DNA of 37,582 nt, taken from a virus. Lineage: Duplodnaviria; Caudoviricetes. Under the pieces are notes generated by a model. The model saw only the letters and a list, made by a program, of their open reading frames with translations. It did no database searches and was not told the DNA's origin. Positions 8,447 to 16,412 of this stretch are shown here, one piece after another (position 1 is the first letter of the stretch; each line of letters opens with the position of its first letter). The stretch covers positions 1 to 37,582 of IMG/VR virus record IMGVR_UViG_3300044709_000019, one strand, 5' to 3'. The position numbers and the translations under genes are program-made.

Positions 8447-8727
8447 AGCGCTACGATATTAAAGTTCCGTCTGAAACGCACTGCTCATTTGTGTCAATGA
8501 CGGAAGCCACTGACGGTGATTATGTGACCTATGAAGAAGCCATAGCAGCGCTTAAAGAGGCTGCGGAGAAAGCGAGGAAGGAGGAACGTAAGCGAATCAT
8601 TTCAGTAATAGCGTCAAGACTAAAGCTATCTCGCCTCAGCAGTGGAGAAGTAAGTCGTGGATGGCAACTTGCCATTGATAATGTCAATGCAACGATTCTA
8701 GCGCTGGAGGATGGGGAGGAAATATGA
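8443..8727 (+). CDS. Hypothetical protein (EER-motif paralog 1)
   Basis: ATGA overlap; shares a motif with the next two genes. Confidence 0.65.
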   Translation: MKRYDIKVPSETHCSFVSMTEATDGDYVTYEEAIAALKEAAEKARKEERKRIISVIASRLKLSRLSSGEVSRGWQLAIDNVNATILALEDGEEI

Positions 8728-8978
8728 AACGCTATAGGGCGTGCAGCACCCCACATCAATCGCCAGCGTCCTTCGAACCGTCAGAAACGGGGGCATTGGT
8801 ATTTTACGAAGATGCGCAGCAAGCAATAAAGGATGCTGTGGAGAAGGCCCGCGCGGAGGAGCGGGAGAGATGCATTCAGGCCTGCGAAGCTGAAAAGAAA
8901 TATAGGATGGATAAGCATCAGTTAGAACTTGCTGACGGGGTTCAGGATTGTATAGGCATATTGCGAGACTTAGAATGA
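8724..8978 (+). CDS. Hypothetical protein (EER-motif paralog 2)
   Basis: ATGA overlap; GGAGG RBS. Confidence 0.65.
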   Translation: MKRYRACSTPHQSPASFEPSETGALVFYEDAQQAIKDAVEKARAEERERCIQACEAEKKYRMDKHQLELADGVQDCIGILRDLE

Positions 8979-9376
8979 GCAACCTTAAAACTTGGCCGGA
9001 AAATCTTTGGCTTTCTATATTTGACGAGCACGAAGGGCGAGAACTTCCAGATTTCAAAGATGCGTTTGACGAAGACGGCGATGGAGTATCGGCTGTATAT
9101 TTCCAGTCAATTGGCGGTGTAGAAATTAAATATGTTCGCGCTGATTTGGTCGAGCAAGTTCGAGCGGAAGAGCGTAAGCGCTGCGTTAAAGTGATAGCTC
9201 GGTTGATAAAAAATGCGCGGAGCATCTATAAAGTTGCAGTGATGGGCAGGTGTATAGAGGCTATTGAAGCGCTGGAGGATGATCCGCCGGTATGGACTGA
9301 TGAAATGTTGGAACAGGTTGAGAAAGATGCTGAGATGATAATGTCAAAAATGAAACCATTGCCGGAAGCGGAATGA
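8975..9376 (+). CDS. Hypothetical protein (EER-motif paralog 3)
   Basis: ATGA overlap; WPENLWL...KYVRADL and RAEERKRC motifs. Confidence 0.65.
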   Translation: MSNLKTWPENLWLSIFDEHEGRELPDFKDAFDEDGDGVSAVYFQSIGGVEIKYVRADLVEQVRAEERKRCVKVIARLIKNARSIYKVAVMGRCIEAIEALEDDPPVWTDEMLEQVEKDAEMIMSKMKPLPEAE

Positions 9377-9576
9377 AAACCCTCACAACAATATTGCTAC
9401 TGATGCTGTCCGCGTGTGGAGTCGTAACTACTCCAGAAAAGATTGCGAAGGCGTCTGAAGTATGTAAGCAGAACAGAGGAGTAAAGGATATTTACATTCA
9501 CATGACTAAGGATGCTGATTCACGGTATATGGTTGAGTGCAATAATGGTGGCCAATTCATCGTAGATGTGAAGTAG
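9373..9576 (+). CDS. Small lipoprotein
   Basis: MKTLTTILLLMLSAC signal peptide with LSAC lipobox. Confidence 0.7.
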   Translation: MKTLTTILLLMLSACGVVTTPEKIAKASEVCKQNRGVKDIYIHMTKDADSRYMVECNNGGQFIVDVK

Positions 9577-9584
9577 AGTCATAA

Positions 9585-9812
9585 ATGAAACGATGGGATA
9601 AATCTTTAGAAGGAACAATTTGTGATTTGTGTAACGGCTCAGGCCAAATAACTACTAGCCGGGATTTACATAGAAGTGGGGGAATTATACCCTGTCCGCG
9701 CGGGTATTTTAACGGGCACGGCTTTCCTTGCTGTATTAAGGGGAACCTGTCGTTTAGTAGATATGATTTGGATAACTGGGTTAAGTTAAAACGTAAGTAT
9801 CCGCAAAAGTAG
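9585..9812 (+). CDS. Cys-rich hypothetical protein (CxxCxGxG)
   Basis: CDLCNGSG; AT-rich; flanked by 12-bp direct repeats. Confidence 0.5.
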   Translation: MKRWDKSLEGTICDLCNGSGQITTSRDLHRSGGIIPCPRGYFNGHGFPCCIKGNLSFSRYDLDNWVKLKRKYPQK

Positions 9813-9972
9813 AGTCATGAAGGAAGCGGCGGCGTGGATAGACGCGCACAAAAAAGCAGAGCGGGATAGTGGCCGGACACTTACAAAGTCGAGAAATCGG
9901 AAGTGTAGCGCGGCGCTCCTCGGAAGGCCCGCTAGTCGTTAACCAGCACGGCCCGTTTCCTTGATGGTTTCT
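9811..9972 (+). ncRNA. Putative tRNA-like structured RNA A
   Basis: Closing stem AAGGAAGCGG/CCGTTTCCTT, hairpin GCGT-GGATAG-ACGC, central AGCGGG/CCCGCT and ACACTT/AAGTGT stems, and a 5-bp/8-nt hairpin abutting the closing stem; intergenic. Confidence 0.6.
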
Positions 9973-9996
9973 TTAATAAGCTAATGGGAGAATATT

Positions 9997-10353
9997 ATGG
10001 ATAGTTATCAAGCAATCTATGATGCTGTAAGAAGTCGAATAACTGGCGGTAATATCGGGGAAGTTGTAGCCGATGCAGCGCGCCAAGCTTTCGATATTTC
10101 TATGTCTAAAGAAATACTGGTACAGGAAATTGCTTGTACAGCAAATGAACATCGGCATACAGCGCTCGAAATGAGACGCCCTAGCGTGTTAATGCGCCCA
10201 CAAATATTCCCGGAGGGTAATCAATGGTGTGTATTGTATGGCGATAATTTACAGGAAGGAGTTTGTGCGTTTGGGGATACGCCAGAAAAGGCTATGGAAT
10301 CTTTTGATGTTATATGGGCGAATGAGAAAGTTGGGCAGTCCTCCAGCGCGTAA
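9997..10353 (+). CDS. Protein with a C-terminal HicB-like domain
   Basis: WCVLYGDNLQEGVCAFGDTPEKAMESF resembles the HicB N-terminal fold signature; GGGAG RBS. Confidence 0.6.
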   Translation: MDSYQAIYDAVRSRITGGNIGEVVADAARQAFDISMSKEILVQEIACTANEHRHTALEMRRPSVLMRPQIFPEGNQWCVLYGDNLQEGVCAFGDTPEKAMESFDVIWANEKVGQSSSA

Positions 10354-10464
10354 TCTGGGGGGGCATGTAAGATGCGAGGTCGCGGTAGTCTAGTCCGGCG
10401 GTGAGGCAACAAGAAACGCGAAATGGGCTACGGTTAACCTCCCCCGCCTCAGTGGGGAGGATTA
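10351..10464 (+). ncRNA. Possible structured RNA B
   Basis: TAATCT/GGATTA ends, GCAT/ATGC and GTAGTCTA/TGGGCTAC stems; CCTCCCC can pair with either the G7 run at 10357 or GGGGAGG at 10454. Confidence 0.35.
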
Positions 10465-10491
10465 TCATCTTAGAGCGTTTAGCGCTCTAAG

Positions 10492-10647
10492 ATGATGGTG
10501 AATTCCGGAGCTAACCGGAAAGGTGAACATAAGCCCTTTAGCAGCGCGCGCAAAGGCTACATCGTGAACTATAGAAGAACGGGGTTGTTATCCGTGGACC
10601 GTCGAGGCGGGATCGCACAAGCCGGGATTAGCTCCGGTCACCATCAT
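10492..10647 (+). ncRNA. Putative tRNA-like structured RNA C with kissing loops
   Basis: ATGATGGTG/CACCATCAT closing stem; TTCCGG-AGCTAA-CCGGAA and GCCGG-GATTAGCT-CCGGT hairpins with complementary loops. Confidence 0.65.
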
Positions 10648-10666
10648 TTAATTGATATTGACATCT

Positions 10667-10701
10667 TCGCCGGGGTTTCAATGGCCCGAAACCCCAGGCG
10701 A
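10667..10701. terminator. Strong hairpin where the early and late operons converge
   Basis: TCGCC-GGGGTTTC pairs with GAAACCCC-A-GGCGA; no clear U-tract on either strand. Confidence 0.45.
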
Positions 10702-10738
10702 CGCAGAAGCCAGAAAATCAGCCTCCATGCGAAACGTC

Positions 10739-11020
10739 TCACGACAGAGTGATGCTCACGGTTGATGGTACGTCAATCGACACATCGTCTGTAATGGTGA
10801 AAGCATCACTGATGATTGGCGAGCCAAGAAGGCTATTCGAGGCATCCATTCTTTGCGCGGATACCGTATAGGTTCCTGGCGCAACGTCGGCAAATGTTAC
10901 GGAAAGCGATGCGGAATCTTGCGTTGCTCCATTGGATAGCGAATAGCGGAAGTTGCCAATGGTAGTGCCTGACGGGAAAAGCTGTGGAACGGTTGCAATG
11001 GTGACGAGTACGGTTTTCAT
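10739..11020 (-). CDS. Small Ig/Fn3-like beta-sandwich protein
   Basis: VTFADVAPGTYTVSAQ pattern; AGGAG RBS; last gene of the late operon. Confidence 0.6.
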   Translation of the reverse strand: MKTVLVTIATVPQLFPSGTTIGNFRYSLSNGATQDSASLSVTFADVAPGTYTVSAQRMDASNSLLGSPIISDAFTITDDVSIDVPSTVSITLS

Positions 11021-11043
11021 GATGAGTCTCCTATGTCAGGCGC

Positions 11044-11670
11044 TTATTTCTTGCTCTTTAACTGAGCTGACAGGTCTATTATAGACTTACTCATGGAGTC
11101 CGTTTTGGTTTGGCTTCCATGGCTCGATCCGAAGAAGAAATTGACAACTTGCTGCGCATTCGATGCAAGATAGCCCACGATTGTTCCAATAAGCGTGAAG
11201 ATGACCGCCACTGTTCCGGGCTCTTTAATTTGCATCCCGCCTACAATCATTTCGTAGCATTGGTATAAAACGGCGCTCATCAATGCCGCGAATGTCAGCA
11301 GAATGACGACGCCTAGTCGATAGACGCCTGCGCTATCGGCATACGCATGGCGCGCGTCTGAAGTATCGGCAACATACATTTGTTGCTCGGATATTCCCAG
11401 CCGCGCCATTTCTTCTTCGTGCGCGAATCCGAGCGCCTGCATTTTGGCCTTGAACTCATCATCAGCGGCTCTGAGCTTCAGAATTTCTTCCGGCGATGCA
11501 TTCGCTACCGCTTGCGTAATGGCGGCGCTATCAGCATCTACCGGCCTCCCAATGGCATTACCAACAGCATTCGCCGCCAATCCTACAAGAGCGGGAACAT
11601 TCCCGGTTGCCGCTGCCCCGATCCATGGGAGCGCTTTTTGCAGAAACGATAACGCGCCGCTAGCGTCCAT
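11044..11670 (-). CDS. Holin-like membrane protein (3TM/GTA-holin type)
   Basis: DTSDAR motif, two C-terminal TM helices and FFFGSS motif; adjacent to the endolysin. Confidence 0.7.
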   Translation of the reverse strand: MDASGALSFLQKALPWIGAAATGNVPALVGLAANAVGNAIGRPVDADSAAITQAVANASPEEILKLRAADDEFKAKMQALGFAHEEEMARLGISEQQMYVADTSDARHAYADSAGVYRLGVVILLTFAALMSAVLYQCYEMIVGGMQIKEPGTVAVIFTLIGTIVGYLASNAQQVVNFFFGSSHGSQTKTDSMSKSIIDLSAQLKSKK

Positions 11671-12086
11671 TATCTAACCTCGATAATGACTTCTTCGTTT
11701 CCATCGATTGCAGCGCGGAGCTTAGCGAAGAAGCGATCAAAAGCAATGCGAGATTCGCCGATGCGATCGTTAGCGCGAGTATCGCCCAAGAGGATGCATC
11801 CATCGGTATCCGCTGACGTGTTGCCTGAGTGGATTCTAATGCCTTCGAAGTACGGGACTTGAAGGAGGAGAGGCATATCACGTTTGAACCGCGTCGATTT
11901 GTTGATGATGACTTTGTAGACGCCGCGCGGAATTGCAGTATTGCCATAAACTTTTACCCCTTTCTTTGGGTCCTCGAGATGCCGGTCAACATCCTCCAGC
12001 GTGAAGCATTCGAACTTTCCATCTAGCGATAATGTGCCAAGCGTGCAATCATCATCGAAGGTGCTGCGGAGTAGTTCAATGTGCAT
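11670..12086 (-). CDS. DUF5675-family putative endolysin
   Basis: TLGTL..CFTLED, TAIPRGVY, VPYFEGIRIHSGNT..DTDGCILLG motifs; lysis-cassette position. Confidence 0.85.
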   Translation of the reverse strand: MHIELLRSTFDDDCTLGTLSLDGKFECFTLEDVDRHLEDPKKGVKVYGNTAIPRGVYKVIINKSTRFKRDMPLLLQVPYFEGIRIHSGNTSADTDGCILLGDTRANDRIGESRIAFDRFFAKLRAAIDGNEEVIIEVR

Positions 12087-12393
12087 TTTTCTTATCCTGG
12101 ATTTTCCCGCCGAACAAGAAAGTCCGACGTTGCTGCTCATCGCTTACGCGCTTGATTTCGGCGTCCTGCATATCGTTGCGTTGTCTTGCTTCATTTCTAA
12201 CATCGTTCAATTCAGTGCGGAGCGCAAAGATCGTTGGCAGCGCCACGAAAGAAGTTTGAATATCGCGGATGGTGACGCCAACCCATACCAGCACAGCAAC
12301 CACGAGAGCGCTGATAATGTTCCCAATGCTTTTCATGACTGTATCGTCATGTCGCTGAACGCGAGGGCGCTCCATTTCTGCGTCTGGCTCCAT
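12076..12393 (-). CDS. Single-TM coiled-coil protein (holin or lysis accessory candidate)
   Basis: IISALVVAVLVWVGVTI helix followed by coiled coil; immediately upstream of the endolysin. Confidence 0.55.
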   Translation of the reverse strand: MEPDAEMERPRVQRHDDTVMKSIGNIISALVVAVLVWVGVTIRDIQTSFVALPTIFALRTELNDVRNEARQRNDMQDAEIKRVSDEQQRRTFLFGGKIQDKKNAH

Positions 12394-12402
12394 CGCGGAG
12401 GC

Positions 12403-12633
12403 CTAATAATCAGAAGGCATCCCGGCCCTCTGAATGTCTGAGGCGATTTTCGGATTGGTCTGCAACGCCTGGAGGAATTGCGCGCGGCTGAGCGGCTGCG
12501 AGCCTTTGGCTAGCGCTTGCTGTACGTGCATGTTGTAGAGGTCTTGATTCTGCATCATGCCGGCCGTTGAAGTCGGCGTCGGCGATAACATGCGCGTCAG
12601 CCAATTTCCTTGCGGTTGTGGGTTATCATTCAT
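12403..12633 (-). CDS. Hypothetical protein
   Basis: Purine-rich RBS; Q-rich. Confidence 0.55.
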   Translation of the reverse strand: MNDNPQPQGNWLTRMLSPTPTSTAGMMQNQDLYNMHVQQALAKGSQPLSRAQFLQALQTNPKIASDIQRAGMPSDY

Positions 12634-12692
12634 CCTTCTGCTCCTGTGAACTATTTAACATCTATCGGGAAGGCCAGTCGTTACAATGCCGC

Positions 12693-12875
12693 ATGCTTAC
12701 AACGATCATACTCATAAGTCTGTTAATTTTCACCGCATTCAGCGGGCACATTCTCATTCGCGGAATGTGTTGGCTCGTCTCATCGATTCAGCATTATCTC
12801 TATTGGCGTTCGGTCGATAAGGCTCATGACCGAAGAGCAAATAATCACCATCGTTCTAACGCCCGTTTTCGTTAA
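12693..12875 (+). CDS. Counter-oriented small membrane protein
   Basis: MLTTIILISLLIFTAFSGHILI; TACAAT 5 nt before the ATG; fills the gap between late genes. Confidence 0.4.
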   Translation: MLTTIILISLLIFTAFSGHILIRGMCWLVSSIQHYLYWRSVDKAHDRRANNHHRSNARFR

Positions 12876-15018
12876 CATTGTCCGCGCCTGCTGGCGTCGA
12901 TTGCGAGGCCAAAGCCATTCCGAGCAACCTCGGGCTATGCCCGAAAATCGAATTTATCTGCGCCGAAGACAGAACTTGCTTAGTCGATATGGGCGTCGAA
13001 GGAATGCGCGCCGCTAGCGCCTGCTCCACCTGCCCGCGCTGCGCATGGCCTTGGAGCGGCTTTACCAAATAATCTTTGATATATGGCACGCTGCCGAGCT
13101 TGGAGAGCATATTGAGCGCCGCCACGGCCGAATTGGATGTGTTGACAGAATTCCCGGCCGGAGCCGCTTGGATATAGCTCGCTACGCGCCCAATGCGTCG
13201 CAGCACTTCAATCTGATCGGTTGGCATGATGGCGGCAATCTTTGGCTCTAAATCGCGTAATGCTTTGTTATAAGCGCTCTGCGAGAAATTGCCGGTTTCA
13301 TCGCTTGCCCCGTTAAGAGCTTTGGTCTTCAGATAATTGACCACCTCGTTGTTCACCGCTTGTTTCGCCTCTGGTGGTAATACTTGCCCCATATTGCGAA
13401 GATCGGCCTGAGTGCCGCCTAGCACGTATTTCTGAAAGAACTTATCAGGTTGTTCTCCGTTCAATGCGGCCTTCAGCGAAGGGGTAACTTCCAATTGATT
13501 GAACCGCGCGGAAGCGGCGGCGCGCGCCGTATCGAATGCTTCTCTTGCGGCTACTCCGGCATCCGTTGAAATCGGCGTAGCATCCAATGATGAGCGAACC
13601 AACGCGAGCGCTTTACGTGTGGCGTTCGATACGGATGCGCCGCTTCCTAAGTCTCCGAGCACTGTTTTTAACTGCTCAGCGGTATCAACTTGAAGCGGGA
13701 TTTCTCCCTTTGCGATGCCATTAATGAGATTACGCGCTTCAGACGGTAATGCCGTTGAGAGCATGGACTCTCTAAGCTTATTGTTTACATCGGCAAGGAA
13801 TGCTTGCGAATCGAGAGCAGCCGGTCGGCCTTCCGCACCCCTAGCCAATCCATAGAGATCATCAACTGCCTGCTTTGGCCCGGAGTCGGATTTTCTTAGC
13901 GCCTCAATGAGGTTTTGAGATGTTGAGAACTGCCCGGGCGCTTCCGCCGCGCCCTGCTTGTTTAGCTGTTCGATGAGCGCCGAATTTTGCTCGTTAAAAC
14001 GCTGTGTGAGTGGCTCACCCGCGCCTTCAATGCCGCGCAAGTTCCGCTCTTGTGTAAATTGCCCGGGCTCTCGCGTGATCTGGCCGAGAGTGGGCTTCAT
14101 GCCGAGACGCTCGAAATCCAATTTTCTGAGTAATGCTTTCGCATCTACTGTGCCCCCCGCATCAACGGCTCGCTGTACTTCCGCGTCAAACGATGCGCGA
14201 ATAGGCGAGGGAACATCCTGCCAGTCATAGCCCATGGATGCGGCTGCGGTTTGCAGTTGCGCTTCGGCTGAAGGTGTAGCTTCCTTTGATAATGCCCGCG
14301 AAACCTTGTTAACAGCCCCGGCCACCATTGGCGCGACAATCTTTTGGATCGCCGGATTGATGACCCCGCCAGCTGCGCCGCCGAGCGCCATTTGTTTCAA
14401 CTTCTCATCTTGAAAGTTGCCAGAAGTTACAGGCTGTAGGCTAGCGGATATTGCGCCCTGCAATGCCCCCTTTCCGGCTAGACCAAGCAAGGTCGCCGCC
14501 TCCCCGCCAGGGATGGCGAAATTCAGCGGGTTCGTTACATTCCCGGCAATATTCAACCAGTCGATTCCGGGCTCTGGCGGCTGTTCCCCAGACACAAGAC
14601 CGCTCAATGTCTGCGGTTGCCGCCGTGACGCCTGATAATCCGCCTCTCGAGTCGCCACCGCCTTATCGACATCCGCAGCCGTCGCCGGAGCGCCGATTGC
14701 GCCACGTATTGCCGTTGCGGCTCTATTCATCAAGTCGACAGGGCCAAGCGGATTCGCCTTTGCATAGGACTCAATTCCATGCTGCATATTTTGCCCTAGG
14801 CTTATTACCGGGTTGAGGAATCCATGAGCGTACCGCTGCAATGCATTAGGTCCAGAATCGGACGATTGCGGCGCTGAAGTCTTATTGTCGGATGGCGTAG
14901 GCGGCAATTGGCCGGAATCGTCCCATTCTGATGGCGCAGACTCCAGAACCCATTTGCCTTTCGGCGACGCTGGAGCCGCTTTCTGTTGAGGCTGATCGCC
15001 TTCAAGTACCCAGGCCAT
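12856..15018 (-). CDS. Large DNA ejection / internal virion protein
   Basis: Ala/Gln/Gly-rich helical 720-aa protein with PTLGQIT motif; last of three genes in the P22 ejection-protein position. Confidence 0.7.
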   Translation of the reverse strand: MAWVLEGDQPQQKAAPASPKGKWVLESAPSEWDDSGQLPPTPSDNKTSAPQSSDSGPNALQRYAHGFLNPVISLGQNMQHGIESYAKANPLGPVDLMNRAATAIRGAIGAPATAADVDKAVATREADYQASRRQPQTLSGLVSGEQPPEPGIDWLNIAGNVTNPLNFAIPGGEAATLLGLAGKGALQGAISASLQPVTSGNFQDEKLKQMALGGAAGGVINPAIQKIVAPMVAGAVNKVSRALSKEATPSAEAQLQTAAASMGYDWQDVPSPIRASFDAEVQRAVDAGGTVDAKALLRKLDFERLGMKPTLGQITREPGQFTQERNLRGIEGAGEPLTQRFNEQNSALIEQLNKQGAAEAPGQFSTSQNLIEALRKSDSGPKQAVDDLYGLARGAEGRPAALDSQAFLADVNNKLRESMLSTALPSEARNLINGIAKGEIPLQVDTAEQLKTVLGDLGSGASVSNATRKALALVRSSLDATPISTDAGVAAREAFDTARAAASARFNQLEVTPSLKAALNGEQPDKFFQKYVLGGTQADLRNMGQVLPPEAKQAVNNEVVNYLKTKALNGASDETGNFSQSAYNKALRDLEPKIAAIMPTDQIEVLRRIGRVASYIQAAPAGNSVNTSNSAVAALNMLSKLGSVPYIKDYLVKPLQGHAQRGQVEQALAARIPSTPISTKQVLSSAQINSIFGHSPRLLGMALASQSTPAGADNVNENGR

Positions 15019-16409
15019 TATTTAACCCGTACCCATTGAGAGCCATCTGATTGAAGGCGCTGCCCCGTTGCCGGGTCGCGAATCGTTTGGCCCGTATATT
15101 GGCGCGGATCGGGCGGCGCATCGAATGTCTGTTTGGGCGCAGCGGTGCGCCCTATTTCCCGGGCTCCTGGACCAGCCTGTATGCGTAACGCCTGAATCGC
15201 GGTTTCCCGGTTTGCGCGCTTTTGTTCAATAACAGGCGCAGAATCTCCCGGCTGTGCAAAATATTGCTTGCGCGCGTTCTCGAATTCGCTCGGAGAAATT
15301 GCCGCGCCCGATTCTTTACGCAGAATTGCATTCACAAAATCTCTTTGCGCTTGCTCAACCTTTTGTTGAGCCGGATTTGCTACTGTCGCATTAGCAATTG
15401 CACCAAGACCGCCGCCAATTAGCGGCACGGATTCCGCGCCGGATTTTATCAATGAAGGGGTTGTAACGCCTTGCTGTTCCAGTGAGCCAATAATATCGTT
15501 CGCCTTCGTTGCTCGCATACCGAACCCGGTCGCATTTCCTTGAACTTCGGTTAACGGCTTTTCCTTGCCTCCAATGGCTGGGCCGCCTTGCATATTGATT
15601 GGCCGCGCCTCTCCGGTAATCGCATTAATCGCCAAACCGCGCTCGGCGTCATACGTCCATTTACCAGCATTATTTGCTTCCATGCTGCGCGCATTGGTCG
15701 CCATCTCGCCAGGGGTCATCGTCTTTCGAATGCCTGTGACCGCTTGGCCTGTATACGGATCAAGTCCTACAAGCTGCCCCCCAGTATCGCCGAAATGGAG
15801 CTTTTCCCGGTCCGGCTGATAAGGCTGCACTTCCGCCGTGCCGTCCTTGTAATAATTCACAACGATTCTTTGCCCGTTCTGCATGAGCACTTTCTGTTCT
15901 TTCAATTCCGGTTTGAACTTATCGGCGAGCGAATAGTATTGCGTCGCAGCGTCGCCCATACCAAGACCAGAAAGCTTATCGGCGATCTGCAAATACTTCT
16001 GATAGGTACTATTACGCCCTGGCGATTGCGGCATCGGCGCAGCCGTTCCCATTTGCTGTTGCGGCATATCGGTCTGCCCGATTGATTGCTGCGGCGCTTG
16101 TTGTTGCCCGCTCAATACATCCCGCATAACCTGTTTCGCTTTTTCGGCATTCGCCATGGCATCGAACTTCAGCGCGGCATCAATATTGCCGTTTTGCAAA
16201 AGCGAATTTCGAATCCCCGAGAAATCAATCTGTCCGTTCTGGCCGACCGAATTGCGAACGGCGTTTTGCATGGCCTCTTGATTTGCATAATCTCTCTGTG
16301 CCGCCTGCAATTGCATATTGCGCAGCGCGTTCGCGCTCTGCACCTGCGAGGTATCGTTGTAGAGCTGCTGCGCTCGTTGCGCGGCATCTATGGGTGTCAT
16401 AAATGGCAT
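15018..16409 (-). CDS. DNA ejection protein
   Basis: AQRDFVNAILRKESGAAISPSEF..YFAQPGD motif; position in the tail operon. Confidence 0.7.
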   Translation of the reverse strand: MPFMTPIDAAQRAQQLYNDTSQVQSANALRNMQLQAAQRDYANQEAMQNAVRNSVGQNGQIDFSGIRNSLLQNGNIDAALKFDAMANAEKAKQVMRDVLSGQQQAPQQSIGQTDMPQQQMGTAAPMPQSPGRNSTYQKYLQIADKLSGLGMGDAATQYYSLADKFKPELKEQKVLMQNGQRIVVNYYKDGTAEVQPYQPDREKLHFGDTGGQLVGLDPYTGQAVTGIRKTMTPGEMATNARSMEANNAGKWTYDAERGLAINAITGEARPINMQGGPAIGGKEKPLTEVQGNATGFGMRATKANDIIGSLEQQGVTTPSLIKSGAESVPLIGGGLGAIANATVANPAQQKVEQAQRDFVNAILRKESGAAISPSEFENARKQYFAQPGDSAPVIEQKRANRETAIQALRIQAGPGAREIGRTAAPKQTFDAPPDPRQYTGQTIRDPATGQRLQSDGSQWVRVK

Positions 16410-16412
16410 GGT

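Noticed and set aside
10390-10430. Hammerhead-like segment (GGTGAG...CGAAA)
   Set aside because: Lacks the CUGANGA core and a convincing stem II.
10492-10752. 86-aa + strand ORF
   Set aside because: No RBS, it coincides with strong RNA structure and has no recognisable protein features; the ncRNA reading is preferred.
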